Shown piece by piece: positions 1-12,858 of a DNA stretch of 64,000 nucleotides; position 1 is the stretch's first letter; the number at the start of each line of letters is the position of its first letter. The notes under the pieces were generated by a model. The model worked only from the letters and a program-made list of their open reading frames with translations. It was not told the origin of the DNA and made no database searches. The position numbers and the translations under genes are program-made. Source of the DNA: Marsupella aquatica (taxonomy: Eukaryota > Plantae > Marchantiophyta); contig OZ316896.1 in assembly GCA_973895155.1 (NCBI GenBank), forward strand, positions 22,649,722-22,713,721, read 5' to 3'.

Positions 1-1212
1 AAAATGACATTAAAGACCCGCTTAGACTTCATGCCTCCCTATGACTGTCAGGCAGGGCACAATCCACCAGGGACTCCCTGTTTAATCGCTTGGTTTGAGC
101 TTCGTTTTCATAATTCTAGACATAAATCAGCCAATTATAAAAATTATCCTTTAGTCTGTTACTAAACTTGGTAAAACATTACAATTATTTAGGCCTATAA
201 ATATTTTAAGGGACTGTTAGCACTGTATTATGGGCAATAATAGCCAGAAAATAGCTTCTCAAATCTAGAACCTAAGGTCTTGTTTTTCAAAGCATTCTAT
301 TATATACCTGAAACTTTAATGTTTGAGAAATACTTGAATGAGCCGAGCACAATGCTTGGTGTTGCGCTTGTCCAGGAGGTAAAGAAACTTGTTTCGCAAC
401 AAGAATGGTGTGCTGTCAACATTTGTAGTGGGTCTTAGCCTGGAAAATGGTCAAGATGACATCCACTGGTGCAAACCAAAAACCCCTCCCCCCTACATAC
501 ACGGCTCTAATTCAATAACGGAACCTGATAGGGAGTACCAGTGAGTGTGAAAGTGTCCTGCAACTTACTCTATGCTGGTGGTTATCCATTTTGGTTGGCA
601 TATGTTGTAGAAAGTGCATGTCAACTTCAATATGGAATTTTTGGAATTAATTAATGGTTAGATACTCTGCATGTAAACAAAAAGAACTGACAAATTAAAA
701 TAAAAGCTTGTGGCCCCGCTTGTGGCATTTCCCAGATATATAATTCTTATTGAAGACTTTTAGGTACGGGGTTGTTACTTAAATTGTTTTGGCCATAATT
801 ATATTTGAGAGATTTTGAGACTGAATATGAAAAAATCTGGAGAAGGAAGGCTATAATTTTAAATGTTTTTTTGATTTGACAAGATTGTCTAGAGATGAGA
901 TTTATGTGGTCGCGGGGGAAATGTTGAGGAAACCAATTCAAGACCACAAGATAATTCTGGAAATAATGGTACTGAGGGGTAACCATGGGTTATTAACTTG
1001 GGAATAACTTAGGAATCACAGGTACCACCTGTCCATGCCTATATATTGTATGGATGATCAAGGAGCTTTGTGACGCACATGGGGCATCATATTGCCAGAC
1101 ATGGACTAGAAGTGGGAAGGCTGCTGGACACTAGAAAGCTCACGCGGCAGTTTCAAATCAAAGTGGGGCTTGGTCACTGTGCCTATACCCTGGGCATTGT
1201 TCATGTTTTCAA

Positions 1213-1501
1213 CTCGGGGGTCTCACTATATGGATGCCTCCCCATCACTGACAATGTTTTCAGGCCTCAAACCCCCTAAAATGTAAGATTTTTTTTAATT
1301 TTTCAACCTTTATAAAGTTGGAATATTCCAAAATTTTGGTTATAAGGACCCTAAATAATGTTATTATAAGTCTCAAAATTTGATTTAAAAGACCTTGTTG
1401 TTCTTCTCAAAAAATTATTAAGTCTTCCCTTTGAACCAATAAAATGACCCTATATTTCGTCGCACGTGATGTGCCATTTTTGTGGAAATGATACCCCCGA
1501 G
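1213..1501 (+). mobile_element. ~290-bp MITE with CTCGGGGG.. termini and 8-bp TSD (copy 1)
   Basis: Ends ctcgggggtctca / tgatacccccgag (12/13 inverted match). Flanks gttttcaa (1205-1212) and gttatcaa (1502-1509). Homologous in reverse orientation to 23850-24146. Confidence 0.85.
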
Positions 1502-4500
1502 GTTATCAACATATTTTTTAATATTTTCTACCTTGTATTAAATTAGTTAAATATAGTGGCTTCTTCTCTACTTCTACTTGTCTTTTTGGGTCTACATGGA
1601 ACATTGATTGATGTCATCACATTGTTGACTATGTTACAAAAATCTGGACAAAATGGAGAAACCTTGAAAGTTCTCCAGAAACTTTTAATGAACATAACTA
1701 GCACTAAGGCACACAAAGAATTCAAAGTTTGCGGCTAAGTCCAACTTCAAATTAATATACTGAAGAGTAATTGATTTCTTATATATTACCCCCTTGAATT
1801 TCAGAACTGATGATGATTGATAAATAATTGATAAAGTTGATTTGCTCAAAAACAAGTGATAATGCCTGAAGCTAGATCCATAAATCTTAAGCTTCAAAGC
1901 CAACAAAGCCAACAAAGGCTTTAGGCTGAAAATCCATTGTGAGTGAGCCACACTAGATCGAAGACCAAGATAATTATACTATAACAATATTGGGTGAATA
2001 TTGAGCAAACCATGATTACATTCAGTCAGAGGTAAGTCTTTGAAGGCAATAAGCCTATTTCAAGAAATTGCAACCATATACCATCAAACTAAATTAGATA
2101 CTGTGTGAATTGCCCAATAGGAATTTTGTCAAAAGAAAGAAATGATGATCTTTCAATTGTTGTCTTTTAAGTTGAGGTGCCAAAGGAATCAATTATATAT
2201 TTAAAGTTTGGTCAAAATCTTAATATATTTTTTTCTGGCCGTACAAAATTTTAATTGAAGTTTTTGGAAATTCTCTTCAATAAAGTTCAGGTTAAGTTTG
2301 GCTCACTAGAGAAAGAAAATTGTAAGGTCTAATTAACCAGATGAACTAGTAAGAATTGTAAGAGTGACACATTCAAATCCCGGATTCAAATGGGAAGAGC
2401 AACTACAGTAATATTGAGGACAATGAAATTATGAATTTGTTGTATTTGTATTAGATCTATATAATTGACTTTGTGGGAATATGCAAGGTAGTTCGAAGAG
2501 CTGAACAAGGTACTATAGTGACAAATGAATGATTTGTGATGGGATATCTCATTAATTACTAAAATAGTGATAAGTTCATCCTCAGTAAACCTCTAAAGAC
2601 ATACAATAAAAATGTATTAAAATCTCTGAAGTATTAAAGTCTCCATGAGAGGGCAACTGATTAATAGCTGATTAGAAACATGCACGAGACTGAACCATTG
2701 GTCAAGAAGTTCTTTGAAGGCAACAAGTGATGGAAACATATTCATCACTTGCCTTTCATTGTTCAAAGAGAATCCGTGGCTACAATAAGTGAAAAAGATG
2801 AGATACATCAGTAAGACTGAAATTAAAAGACCGTTCCATCTGACTTAGATTCACAATTTGGATACAATTCTCTAGGGATTGAGAATTGAACCAAGTGAGA
2901 ATTTGTTGCTTTACTTACAACTAAATAAACTTGACTGGTAAAACAAAATGGCTGCGCTGCCTCACTTAAACAAAAATATCTATGAGAACACAAGTGATTA
3001 ATTAAAAAAAGTTCACACAGTTTATTCATTGATTTACAAAGAAACACCTCATGCTGATCTATGTAACTCTTATCAGCTAGGGGGAACTGGATCTACTATT
3101 TGTTTTCAAGCACTGGACTTAATTCTTCAATAGACTAAGCAGGAGGAGAAGTTCAAACATTACACATAGTGCTGATAGTAGGTGTCCTGAATAGCAAAAC
3201 CTTTAGTTCTAGTTTTGAGGGGCTATTATTGCACATATGGGTATGCTAATGTCAGTACATTAGCACAAGTACATTAACACACCTGAATGCCTAGAAAATT
3301 CTAGTTTTTATTAATTCTTAGAAAAGGATTTTTAAAAATTAGCTGACTGTTCCAAATCTACAAATGCCTTTTGTAATTTCTCAATTTATTGTAATTGTGA
3401 ACCTGAATATGTCACTTTTCCATATTAAAGAATGCAACAATTAAAGTATGCATCAGTTGTTGAGTGGTCTCCGCATCTATAACCGATCTACGCCCTGACC
3501 TTCAATCATTGTTGGGCAATCTCTTTGTAAACTGCAGCTAGCTACTACTACAGATCACCTACAATTCAAGTATGCATTACATGATAATAGCTAGGCCCAG
3601 TGAAAAATTAGAAGCAGGACAAGAGGAAGAGCATGGGCCTTGGTGACCAGATCCACCACTTGGAGAATGAAAAGCTGGGACATCTGGTGGAACGGGAAGA
3701 GGCAGTTTCCAGAGCACAGTTGCCTGGGGACATAGATTTGTGAGGGGCCTTAATTATATCTCATCACTGAAATTATGGTGTTGGCTCTCAAGTTTTCAAG
3801 ACACCCAACCGCATTGTAATTAAGTGCACTGAGCAACCATCCTCCAGACTGACTACAAAGATTGTTAGCTCTTGATAGGTAAAGTTTCATGAGAACACAA
3901 GTGCTGGAAACAAAATCTGCTGGCTTATTTACAAATGAATGAAACTGAGCAGATGGAGACATCCATGAGATTGAGTCGACTGACAGTAAAAATCCATGAT
4001 TACATAAGTGTCTGATGGAAAATGTATTGATTGATTTGTTTACAAATAAATGAAAATAATTAGAAACATCCATAATATGAATGAATCCGAATTCGAAAGA
4101 CTATTCAATCTGAGTTGCACAGTTTGATGGAAACAATTGATACAAATCTCGATGGATTAAGACCACAAGTGATGGAATTAATTATGTTCTACTGGTTTGC
4201 TTAGGAAACAAAAGGATCGGAAACATCCGGGACTTCGGAAGATTGGTCAATTTGGGTTCACGGCATGTAACTCACTTGATAAAAATTTCCAAACATCCGC
4301 GAGACTGAATTCGAAAACTGGTCAAACTGAGTTTCAGGGTATGCACTCACTTGAAGGACAAAGAGTTACATTAGCAGACAAATGATGGAAAATAGCTCAC
4401 CCATTAATGTTTTTGTTTACAAAGAAGCAAACCTCATGATGCTGATCGATCTACGCACATCTTATCAGCCAGGAAATCGATCTCCTGCTGTATCAACTAC

Positions 4501-4594
4501 AGATCTAACTTTCTTGACAAGGGAGGCGGATAAGTTCCGAAGAAGGAACCGGGCTCTGGCCTTGAATGATTGGCCGAACTTGTACAGCAGCTGC

Positions 4595-5905
4595 TTAAAC
4601 TCGAAGAATATGCAAGAACGGAGACTTCAAACCATCAAAGGAAAGAGAATATAAAACTCTCTCCCACACAATATCTTGGTCCTTGACACCGAACCCTGTG
4701 CCTCGAAGAAGAGCAAGCACCAGGTCTCCACGTTGGCCACTTTCAACGCGCCTTCCAATGTACTGATACTCATACCAATAATCAATTGCTACAAGCTGGT
4801 CATCCACCGCTAAAACTGCAAGTGGCCCCTCTTCTGGAGTGTATGGGGTCCAATAATTTTTCTTTGGCTGTTGAATGGACTGCAGACGCGTCCTAACATC
4901 ATGTCCAACGTCAAGTTGAAAAACAGCAGACCCTGTGATAGCATGTAGTTATTCCTCTACACTGAACATTGTTTTACCAAGCCAGTCATCAAGCCTCACC
5001 CCCGGATAGCTGGGTACCTGGTTGAGCAGTCTTCTCCACTTGCCAGTAGTAGGGTTATAAATCTGAAAAATATCTGGAAGCAATGGGTTCTCACGGTGTA
5101 GGTTGTAGTGCAAGTGCCCTCCTCGGAAAGACTCTCCACCATACACCAGAAGCTCATTTTCGACAATTGCAACTGTGTGACCTGTCCGTTGAGATAGCAT
5201 TGGCAAAAGCTCAGTCCAAGTATCTACTTTGGGGTCATACACTTCTGTGCCACGGAGGATTGCATCACTAGACGACTTAGAACCACCGCATACATAAATT
5301 TTGCCGTCTATCATGCCACACCCAAAACTATACCTAGCTCTGTGCATACTAGCGCATTTTTCCCAGGTCTGCGCGTGCCCGGCCACGTCAAACATATACA
5401 CGTCCGCTTGGCACAGAGGAGTGGAGTTAGTGGAAGTGTTATTCAATCCTCCCAAAACATATACTTTCCCATCCAAGGTTGTGCATTCGCAAAAATATGG
5501 AATTCCGTTGTTGACATGTGGGATGGGAGGAAGCTGATGACAAGCGCCTGTTCGCAGGCTATACAGAGCGATCCCAGTCTTGTTCTCAGAAACAGACAGA
5601 GAGCAGTTGAGGACAACAAACGGTTCGGTCGAGTGGGAGCGAGTTCTCTCGTCATGAATTTCATGACTTCGAAATGCTCGTTGCCAAGCACGGCTCACTA
5701 ATGAGAGAGCCCTCAATGAGCTCCATGACAACTTCGGGGTTATCATCTGTACCGTGAGGTAGTGCGGGATGCCAGGAAGCAGTCCCCTGCTGCCGTTTTC
5801 GTCGGTCATTGCTGCTGTGGATGAGCTCCCCTCAAGTGCATCACGCTGTTGTTTCTCTCTCCTCCTCTTCAGATTCTCCGCTTTCAGCCTGGCCAGGTGA
5901 AACAT
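4595..5905 (-). pseudogene. F-box/kelch-repeat protein, copy A, with a single in-frame nonsense codon
   Basis: F-box-like LLPGIPHYLTVQMITPKL..LVSRAW and kelch repeats (DGKVYVLGG, DGKIYVCGG, EVYDPKVDTW). TAA at 4949-4951 corresponds to AAA in copy B, and the same frame continues to the stop at 4595. ATG at 5905 is inferred. Confidence 0.85.
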
Positions 5906-6840
5906 CTTCGATAGCGATGTGAACTTAGCGTTCCCGAGGTTTCTCTGCCGCAACTACTGCCTGAAGACGGAAGACTATCGATGCGCGCTTGCTCGCTGGA
6001 ATGCGCACTTGAGGGAAGTCTCAGCAGTGTATATTCCTCCGCCAGTCCACCTAGAACCCCAGTACGAATCTGAGTAATCACCGGTTGGTACAAATATTGC
6101 CCCGCCCGATTCCAGAAAAGTACCAACCCTACAAGTTCAGAAGAGCGACAAGTTCTTCTCCCACTTGCCCGGTACCCCAACCTCAGACGATCTCATCTGC
6201 TACATGCATAACAGATCGTTAAGATGAGTTGAAGAATGTAAAAGTTATGAATTGAACGAGAAAAGCGTGAACAAAGCTGTTAGAATATCAACCAATGGAT
6301 ATCCTGGACTTATGATAATCGACCTGCCTCCTGCCCACAACATTCTAGAGCAAAGCTGCTATAGTAACAGGGACTCCATCTAAACTAGGCAATGTTAGAT
6401 CTATATGCAAAGTAAGTAAATTGTCTTCAGCATTTCGGAGTGAGAGCGACGGAGAGGGGAGAGCCCTGAGCGCACATGGAAGATTACGGTAGCACTCGAT
6501 CCAAGCCTATTTTTCAATCAAATTTCTCTGGTCTTGATAGGACTAAACGAGAATAATCGAAAATTGGCATATCTGTATTCCTACTGTTCGGCAAAGCACC
6601 TGGATAATCAATTTGGAATCGAATCAATGGGGGGTTACACCGGAATGGATTGCCGATAGTTGCGCGTTAGATTCGAGAGTTGTGGAATCTAGAGATACTC
6701 ACAAACAAATTTCTGTGAAGCAGCGAAGATCATCCAGACTGACTTTACTTACAGCCCGGATAGAGACTTAAGAGTCACGACTACTGTTGGAGAACAGGAG
6801 TCCAAAAAGTGATAGTGACAAGAATGACCCGGAGTAGCTC

Positions 6841-6846
6841 TTTATA
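6841..6846 (-). promoter_or_regulatory. Putative TATA box of kelch copy A
   Basis: TATAAA on the minus strand, conserved with 17574-17579 in the other arm and placed upstream of a putative 5'UTR exon/intron. Confidence 0.35.
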
Positions 6847-7599
6847 GCGTCCTGGCAGGAAGCTGGACGATTGAAGTGTCACCCAAGGAAGCTGGTGTCG
6901 TCTCGCGCGATCACGAGGGCACGAAGGCTTCGTTCCAGACGGTACGTACCTATTTCATTAATTGGTGCAATTTAGTCCTCATCACCTGGCTTTTTTAAGT
7001 TCAAGCTAGTTATACCCGGAAAAACCCCTCAATTCGGGTGTTGCATCGCCTAACTCCTGTGTGTGGGATCTCCAATGCCAGTTTCTTTAGGGTTCTCTTG
7101 ATCGTGGCTGCTGGCTGGTTCGGGGAGTCACCGATATCCTCTTGCAGATTCGGCCCAGATGAACTGTGTCACCGGTTTTCCGGGTTGCCATAGAGGGTCC
7201 GTATTTTTTTGCGTTGTATTATGTTCCCAATCAGTGCCCTTGCTCTTTCACTTGAGTTGCTTGCCAAAATCAAGGTCATCCCCAGTAATACTACCGGGTG
7301 GGACGGATGGGTTTGTTGTGTGTATGACATTCACCTGGTGTGGGCCCTCAGACCAGCCTGGACGGTCTCTGGTTGGATGATTTAGTTGGGGGCCTGTCAC
7401 ACGAACGAGAAAACTCTAGATGAGACGTGAAGTTTGGTGAGAGGTTGGCATTGTGGCTGTGCGCGTTTGGCAGGATCTCCTTAAGTGCTCCCGGGACTGA
7501 CATAATTTGCGGTAGTCAACTTCGAGTCCAGGTCAGGCTCTCTCACATACTTACAACAACATAATTGCCCTAATGCCGTGCTCGACTATATATATGAAT

Positions 7600-8180
7600 A
7601 GTCGCAAATAATCCTGGCCAGTAGGTTTCGTCTCAGATTAAAGGTTTTGGAGTCATAATGTTATTTACAAGAATATATTCACCTGCCTTAGGGATGGAGT
7701 AGCTACTCTCTCAAAAGTCTTCTTAGATATACTAACCATGAAGGGGCACTTGAGAATGTTACTTTTAGGGGATGGAAGGACCCAATTAAACTATGATAGA
7801 TCAATTGGCACTCAATTTGGTCAGGATCAAGACTTGTTGCCAACATCTGAACTTGCGTGATGTTTGATAGGTTATTTTGCTTCATGGCCATGCTCTACTA
7901 CATGAATACTTGCAGATAATCAGGACCAGTAGGTTTTTTTCTCACATTAAAGCCTTTCGAGTCAATTATTACAATAATATATTAGCCACCCTGAGGAATG
8001 TAGTAGTTACTCTGTCAAAAGTCTACTTATATTCACCATGAAGGTGCACTTGAGAATGTTACTGCAGGGTGATCGAACGGGCCAAAACAATGTCCAATTG
8101 GCAGTCAATTAATTTGGTCCCGATCAAGAGTTGTTGCGACCATCTCAAACTGCGTGTCTTTGATTTAGGTTATCTTGCTT
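7600..8180. repeat. Diverged ~300-bp tandem duplication
   Basis: ccagtaggttt..cattaaag..catgaagg.gcacttgagaatgttact..caattggca occurs at ~7618-7880 and again at ~7926-8180. Confidence 0.7.
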
Positions 8181-9891
8181 TATGGTAGCAGTTCGTGGCG
8201 CCTCCATATTAAGTCCAACAAAATTTTACAATCCTCCAGATTGACTGATTACCTCTTGGTAGTGCTAGTATATGAGAACTCGTTAATTGGGCAATCGAAA
8301 TTCTTGGATCATCATAGATCACGTTCAGATCACACTCACTGGCTGAAATCTGATATTTGGGATAGAGCTTCAAGGTCAGCACGACGTCCTTCCTTCTCCT
8401 CTGTTGCTTGGACCATGTGAAGCAGATGGATCGATGAGTCCCAGCTTTTCACTCTCCATGTGGCGGATCTGGTCACTAAGCCCTCACGCTCTTCCTCTTT
8501 ATGTTGCCAGTAACAACACTTCCAATTGCGCATTTGATCTGCCTTGAGAATAAAAGCTTCGATGTAATGCTTCAGACATGTAGTCTATCTGTAGTCGTAG
8601 CTGAAGTTTAGAGACAGATTGTCCAGTGTTCCGCAAGGTCAGGGTGTAAGCGGGGGTGTAAGCAGGGTAACTATGGATATGGAATCCAGTCACCAACTGA
8701 TCGATGCATTAATTGTTGATTATGGAAATGAAAAGTGACGTAAATTATTCAGGATTTCGTGTTAAAACTCGATCAATGCCCATCTTAGTTCAGTTTCCTG
8801 TCATTTTCATGGTACCGTAGTCGTCATTAGGTTCGCGGTCACCGACCGCGAAACATTATTTTTAAGGCATTTCCACCTGCCGCGATCCTGTGGGCGATTT
8901 TTTCCCAACCGTCGATGATCCTAGTATCGATATATCAGTGTTTTCGTGTTTGCCTGCCCTAAACCCTTTGTTCGCGGCGCCATCTAGGTTTCTCTTCATG
9001 TTCACGGTAAAGGGACCGATGAATGTTGTGTTCGCGGCAGCGATGGATTCCTTGGAGCTTTCGCGGTTTGGCGCGTCGATAGTGTTTGTTTGGAGATTTC
9101 GCGAGCGGCGGGAGTGAGATTGTTGCCGAATGGAAGGTTTGCGATTGTCGGGACTGCTCATTTTGATTGTCAATGTGAATCGGTTGAATTTGGAGCTGAA
9201 GCGGGAGTTGAAGACCTTCATAGAATCAATCCTACCGTGTTTACGACCGTATCCAGCCCTTTAGTGCATGTGCCGCTTACAATTTGAAGTCCCATAAGTG
9301 CTTGCATGTTTGATTCGTAGCTCCATTACTCTCTTCTTTCTAGGTACATTGTAGTGTACAATCTTTCTTGTTATACATTACAGGCATCTGAGGAAACAGC
9401 GTTCATATTGGACAAGGTAAGTGCATCCGCATGAATTGAAACGTAGGTAGTAACAAAACTTGTATTTCTTTCACATTCTTGAAGTGCAAGCTCTCTTTCG
9501 CATATGTGAATGTTGACGGCTATTCACTGATTGAGTGTCGAATTCTGATTGAATGCAAGCGTGAGGGGATTTGTAATTGAATTAGCAGCTATGGAGGGAA
9601 GGGCTGCAAGATGGCAAGGAAAAGAAGTGGGAGTAAGTGCTGCCTCAAACCTTCAATGGATTTGTGATGGTCGGCTTTGTATAAGTAGTGATTGTGGTGA
9701 CTTCCCTTCTCGATATCTGTCACGCATTCTGAACATAGAAATTGCTCGAAGTGGGTGCTCAATTCCCCAAGCATTGCATACTGCTGGTCATGTTGTAGTT
9801 GGAACTTTAGAGCTTCTGCCCTCTCTATCTAGTGTTCGTTGTATGTCACGACAGCTTCAGCCTTTTCTACTACCTCTCCACTGGTTGTTTG

Positions 9892-10554
9892 ATGTTTGCA
9901 TCCAATATTCTTGGTTCCTGTACATGCCCCGATTGTCTGTTTGAGAGGGAGAATCCCGATTGGGCACAATTCTGGTGTATATGCAAATTAGTCAGTCGGT
10001 CCCATATTGGATTAGACTTTGCCATTCGGGAGAAGCGCAAGAGGTGCAATTGCCTGAGGCCCAAGCTCTCACCCTCTGCCCAGTGCTTGAAGCAGAACGG
10101 GCCCAATCGAAAGTTCGGTGGCCCGTCTGAAGTGCACTCGAGAAGCCACGGAAGTAATCAACTTCTCTCTCAGGCGATCGAGACTGAAATTCTAGAGATC
10201 TCTTCCTCTGAGACTAAGTGTAGTGTTCCAGACGAGATCAATGAGGATTTTGAGAGGGCCTTCCATCAATTTCTCTTTGATTTTGCAAGCGGCCCTTATC
10301 AACAGAGGACCTATCAAAGAACTGAGTTGTATCCAAGCCCGGAGAGAATTGACGTTGATCTAGGCCAACATTCTTGCAGTACAGAACTTATACCCCCTCT
10401 TCAGGTGGAGCGACTCGTTGTTGAGCCTGAGCATTATGAGCACTCGTCTGATTGGGGGAGGCTGAGTGAGGATCCACCTCTTTTTGAAGACGTGCCCCTA
10501 CCACCATCAATCATTGACCCGAAGGGGTGCGATAGCGAAGACTCCAAGTTCTGA
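9892..10554 (+). CDS. Uncharacterised transposon-borne ORF (Cys-rich N-terminus, acidic/Pro-rich C-terminus)
   Basis: Open frame 9832-10554 with first ATG at 9892. Contains CTCPDC, WCIC and RCNC clusters. Its stop overlaps the transposase ATG (TGATG). No recognisable family. Confidence 0.4.
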   Translation: MFASNILGSCTCPDCLFERENPDWAQFWCICKLVSRSHIGLDFAIREKRKRCNCLRPKLSPSAQCLKQNGPNRKFGGPSEVHSRSHGSNQLLSQAIETEILEISSSETKCSVPDEINEDFERAFHQFLFDFASGPYQQRTYQRTELYPSPERIDVDLGQHSCSTELIPPLQVERLVVEPEHYEHSSDWGRLSEDPPLFEDVPLPPSIIDPKGCDSEDSKF

Positions 10555-12296
10555 TGGCTTCTTCTCTTGGTTTTCCATTCATTTCATCGGACGAGTACAT
10601 GTCAAGGATGGAGAGAGAGGCAGCGACATTGGCCGAGACAGCGTTGCGGTCGAAATTTCTACAAGCCGAGCTTCTTGCTGCGCAAGAGTTGACAAAGAGA
10701 CGAGTTGGCAGGCCTCGAAAGGCAACTGTGTTGCCTGCTCGAGAAGACATGGAGCCCACACAGGGAAGTCTTGTGGGGGACTCCAGCGAATCCTCAGCTA
10801 ATTCATCGTGCCGGAAAAGGGGGAGAGCTGCAGGGTACACCAATTGGTTTACCTTCGAGTGTTGGCCGCACATTGACAATGCTTTGAAGCAATGTAAGTA
10901 TAGTCCAACAGCCACAATTCATCACCTACGCCGAAGACATCCTTCGACAGCAACAGGGCCTGGTCTGTTTGACAAGTTGAATGAGTCCACCTTGAGAGGA
11001 TGGTTTTTAGTTGACGGGAGGACATTCAAAACCAACACGAGGCTTGCTATTGATGCAATTCACGCAAGTGGGGCACCCACCAACGATCGTTCAATTCAAC
11101 TTGGACATCGAGTGATTCTTGGGGGGGGAAGGGAGGAGTTGGAGGATGAGTGGCGGGCTCTCCTAAGGCATCAACGCGAGAACGGACAAGTTGTGAATTC
11201 TATCACAACCCAGATTCTGTTGAAGGGGTTTCTCATGTCCAAGGCACCCGAAGTATTGCTTGAGAATGGAGGTCCTTTTGCTTGCAGCCGAACATATGTG
11301 ACAAGGTACTTGCATAAGGTCATGAATTGGACATTTAGAGCTAGTACTACCAATGCATCAAAGCTTCCTTTAGACTGGAAGGAGCAAGGAAATACTCTAG
11401 CTTTGAGGTTAGCGTACCTAGTGAAGGCACATAACATCCCACCTGAGTTGGTTGTGAACATGGATCAAACAGGCATTTCGCTAGTACCATGTGCAGGGGA
11501 GAGGACATACTCAATGAGAGGAGCACGAGAAATTTCTGTGACAGGAAGGGATGACAAGCGGTCCATCACTTGTGTTCCGGCAGTAACAGCAAGTGGACAT
11601 ATGTTGCCAATGCAGCTGATTTTTGAGGGCAAAACAAAGAATGTTGTGCCAAGTTGCACAACTTCTATCCTCGTGAGGCACTTGGGATGGATGCTGACAC
11701 AATCTCAGAATCATTGGAGCAACTTGAAGACTTCCAAGGATTGGGTAGATGAGATTTTGCGCCCCTGGTATGTGAAGGTGTGTAGGGAGCAAGGCCGAGT
11801 GGTGGGCAAGCAGAAAATGGTACTGTTGATTGACTGTTGGAGTGTGCACAGATCGGCAGACTTCAGAGCTTTCTTGACCACTAATTACAAAGCATGTACA
11901 GATATTTCTGCTTTGAATGATATGTTGTTGAAAGGATGGACCAAGTGTGGCTTGTTGCGAGCTTGGACTGCAGAGTTTCAGGAGGAAGCTTTCAGTGTTC
12001 AGGAGGGAGGCCAGTTGTTTAACAATTGGACTGCCAGAGGAGACACCTCTTTGGAGCCAGAACCGTGTCCTAGAGCTGTACTCATGCAGGAGTGGGATGG
12101 AGACTTGGATTTGAACCAAGTTGTTGAGAGTTGTGCTGGTGGTACACGCTTACCAGATTTGAACGAGTTAGCGATGATCGGTGACATCTCGGATGATCGA
12201 TTGTTTGATTTCACACAGGTCGTTAATAGTGGTCCTACAGACTTTCAAACATACCTTACGGATCCCTATGCTACAACTCCATATGCAGACACCTGA
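10554..12296 (+). CDS. pogo/DDE_1-type transposase, probably catalytically defective
   Basis: AT-hook-like RVGRPRK, CENP-B-like HTH region (LEDEW..FACSRTYVTRYL), first D in VVNMDQTG, PMQLIFEGKT, second D in LLIDCWSVH. The usual QPxD third-D segment is not visible. Confidence 0.85.
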   Translation: MASSLGFPFISSDEYMSRMEREAATLAETALRSKFLQAELLAAQELTKRRVGRPRKATVLPAREDMEPTQGSLVGDSSESSANSSCRKRGRAAGYTNWFTFECWPHIDNALKQCKYSPTATIHHLRRRHPSTATGPGLFDKLNESTLRGWFLVDGRTFKTNTRLAIDAIHASGAPTNDRSIQLGHRVILGGGREELEDEWRALLRHQRENGQVVNSITTQILLKGFLMSKAPEVLLENGGPFACSRTYVTRYLHKVMNWTFRASTTNASKLPLDWKEQGNTLALRLAYLVKAHNIPPELVVNMDQTGISLVPCAGERTYSMRGAREISVTGRDDKRSITCVPAVTASGHMLPMQLIFEGKTKNVVPSCTTSILVRHLGWMLTQSQNHWSNLKTSKDWVDEILRPWYVKVCREQGRVVGKQKMVLLIDCWSVHRSADFRAFLTTNYKACTDISALNDMLLKGWTKCGLLRAWTAEFQEEAFSVQEGGQLFNNWTARGDTSLEPEPCPRAVLMQEWDGDLDLNQVVESCAGGTRLPDLNELAMIGDISDDRLFDFTQVVNSGPTDFQTYLTDPYATTPYADT

Positions 12297-12858
12297 GAGA
12301 AAGGGCTGAAGCTCTTGCAGCTTGGATTGTGATGCCAATCTAGACAACGCGATTTTGTTTGGGGATGGTCAGGAGGCTTGGGTTAAATTGTTTGCGGTAG
12401 TTAGTTACAGATTAGCACTTGCCGTTTGTATTCTGTAGTCCTGTAGTTCGTCCGCAAGGAGACATTTTGGAATGCAAGATTAACTGAAGGATTTCAGAGG
12501 TTTTTTTCTCCTTGTATGTGCTCAATGAATGACTAATTGGAGTTGAGGCTAATAGTCTGGGTTTGAATCCCACAAGTGCCAATCAAGTACACTTGCAGGG
12601 AGCGAAATTGGACGTTAGACGTCAACATCTACACCCACTTGGAGGTACGTACATTCTTGATTTACTTTGGCCAGTACAAACTTTGCTTGTGTCGTCTCGA
12701 AATGTCTTAATGACGAAGTGTGAGGAGCGCAACCGGCACTGAAGACACAACGGGTCGATTTTACTAGATTTGGGATAAAGTTTGGCTTGCCTGGTAGGAC
12801 TAAGTAACTCATTCTGGTGTCTTGCATTGTGCCTAATCGACTTCGCTCTGGCGCCGCA

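Larger units (their letters stand above)
3170..7860 (-). repeat. Left arm of inverted segmental duplication containing the F-box/kelch locus
   Basis: Reverse complement aligns by eye with 16590-20312 and, beyond the copia, with 25843-26900 (e.g. gacacctactattagca at ~26885 vs gctgatagtaggtgtc at ~3171). Boundaries approximate. Confidence 0.85.

Noticed and set aside
1540-2950. AT-rich stretch that may be decayed coding sequence
   Set aside because: No ORF or motif could be assigned.
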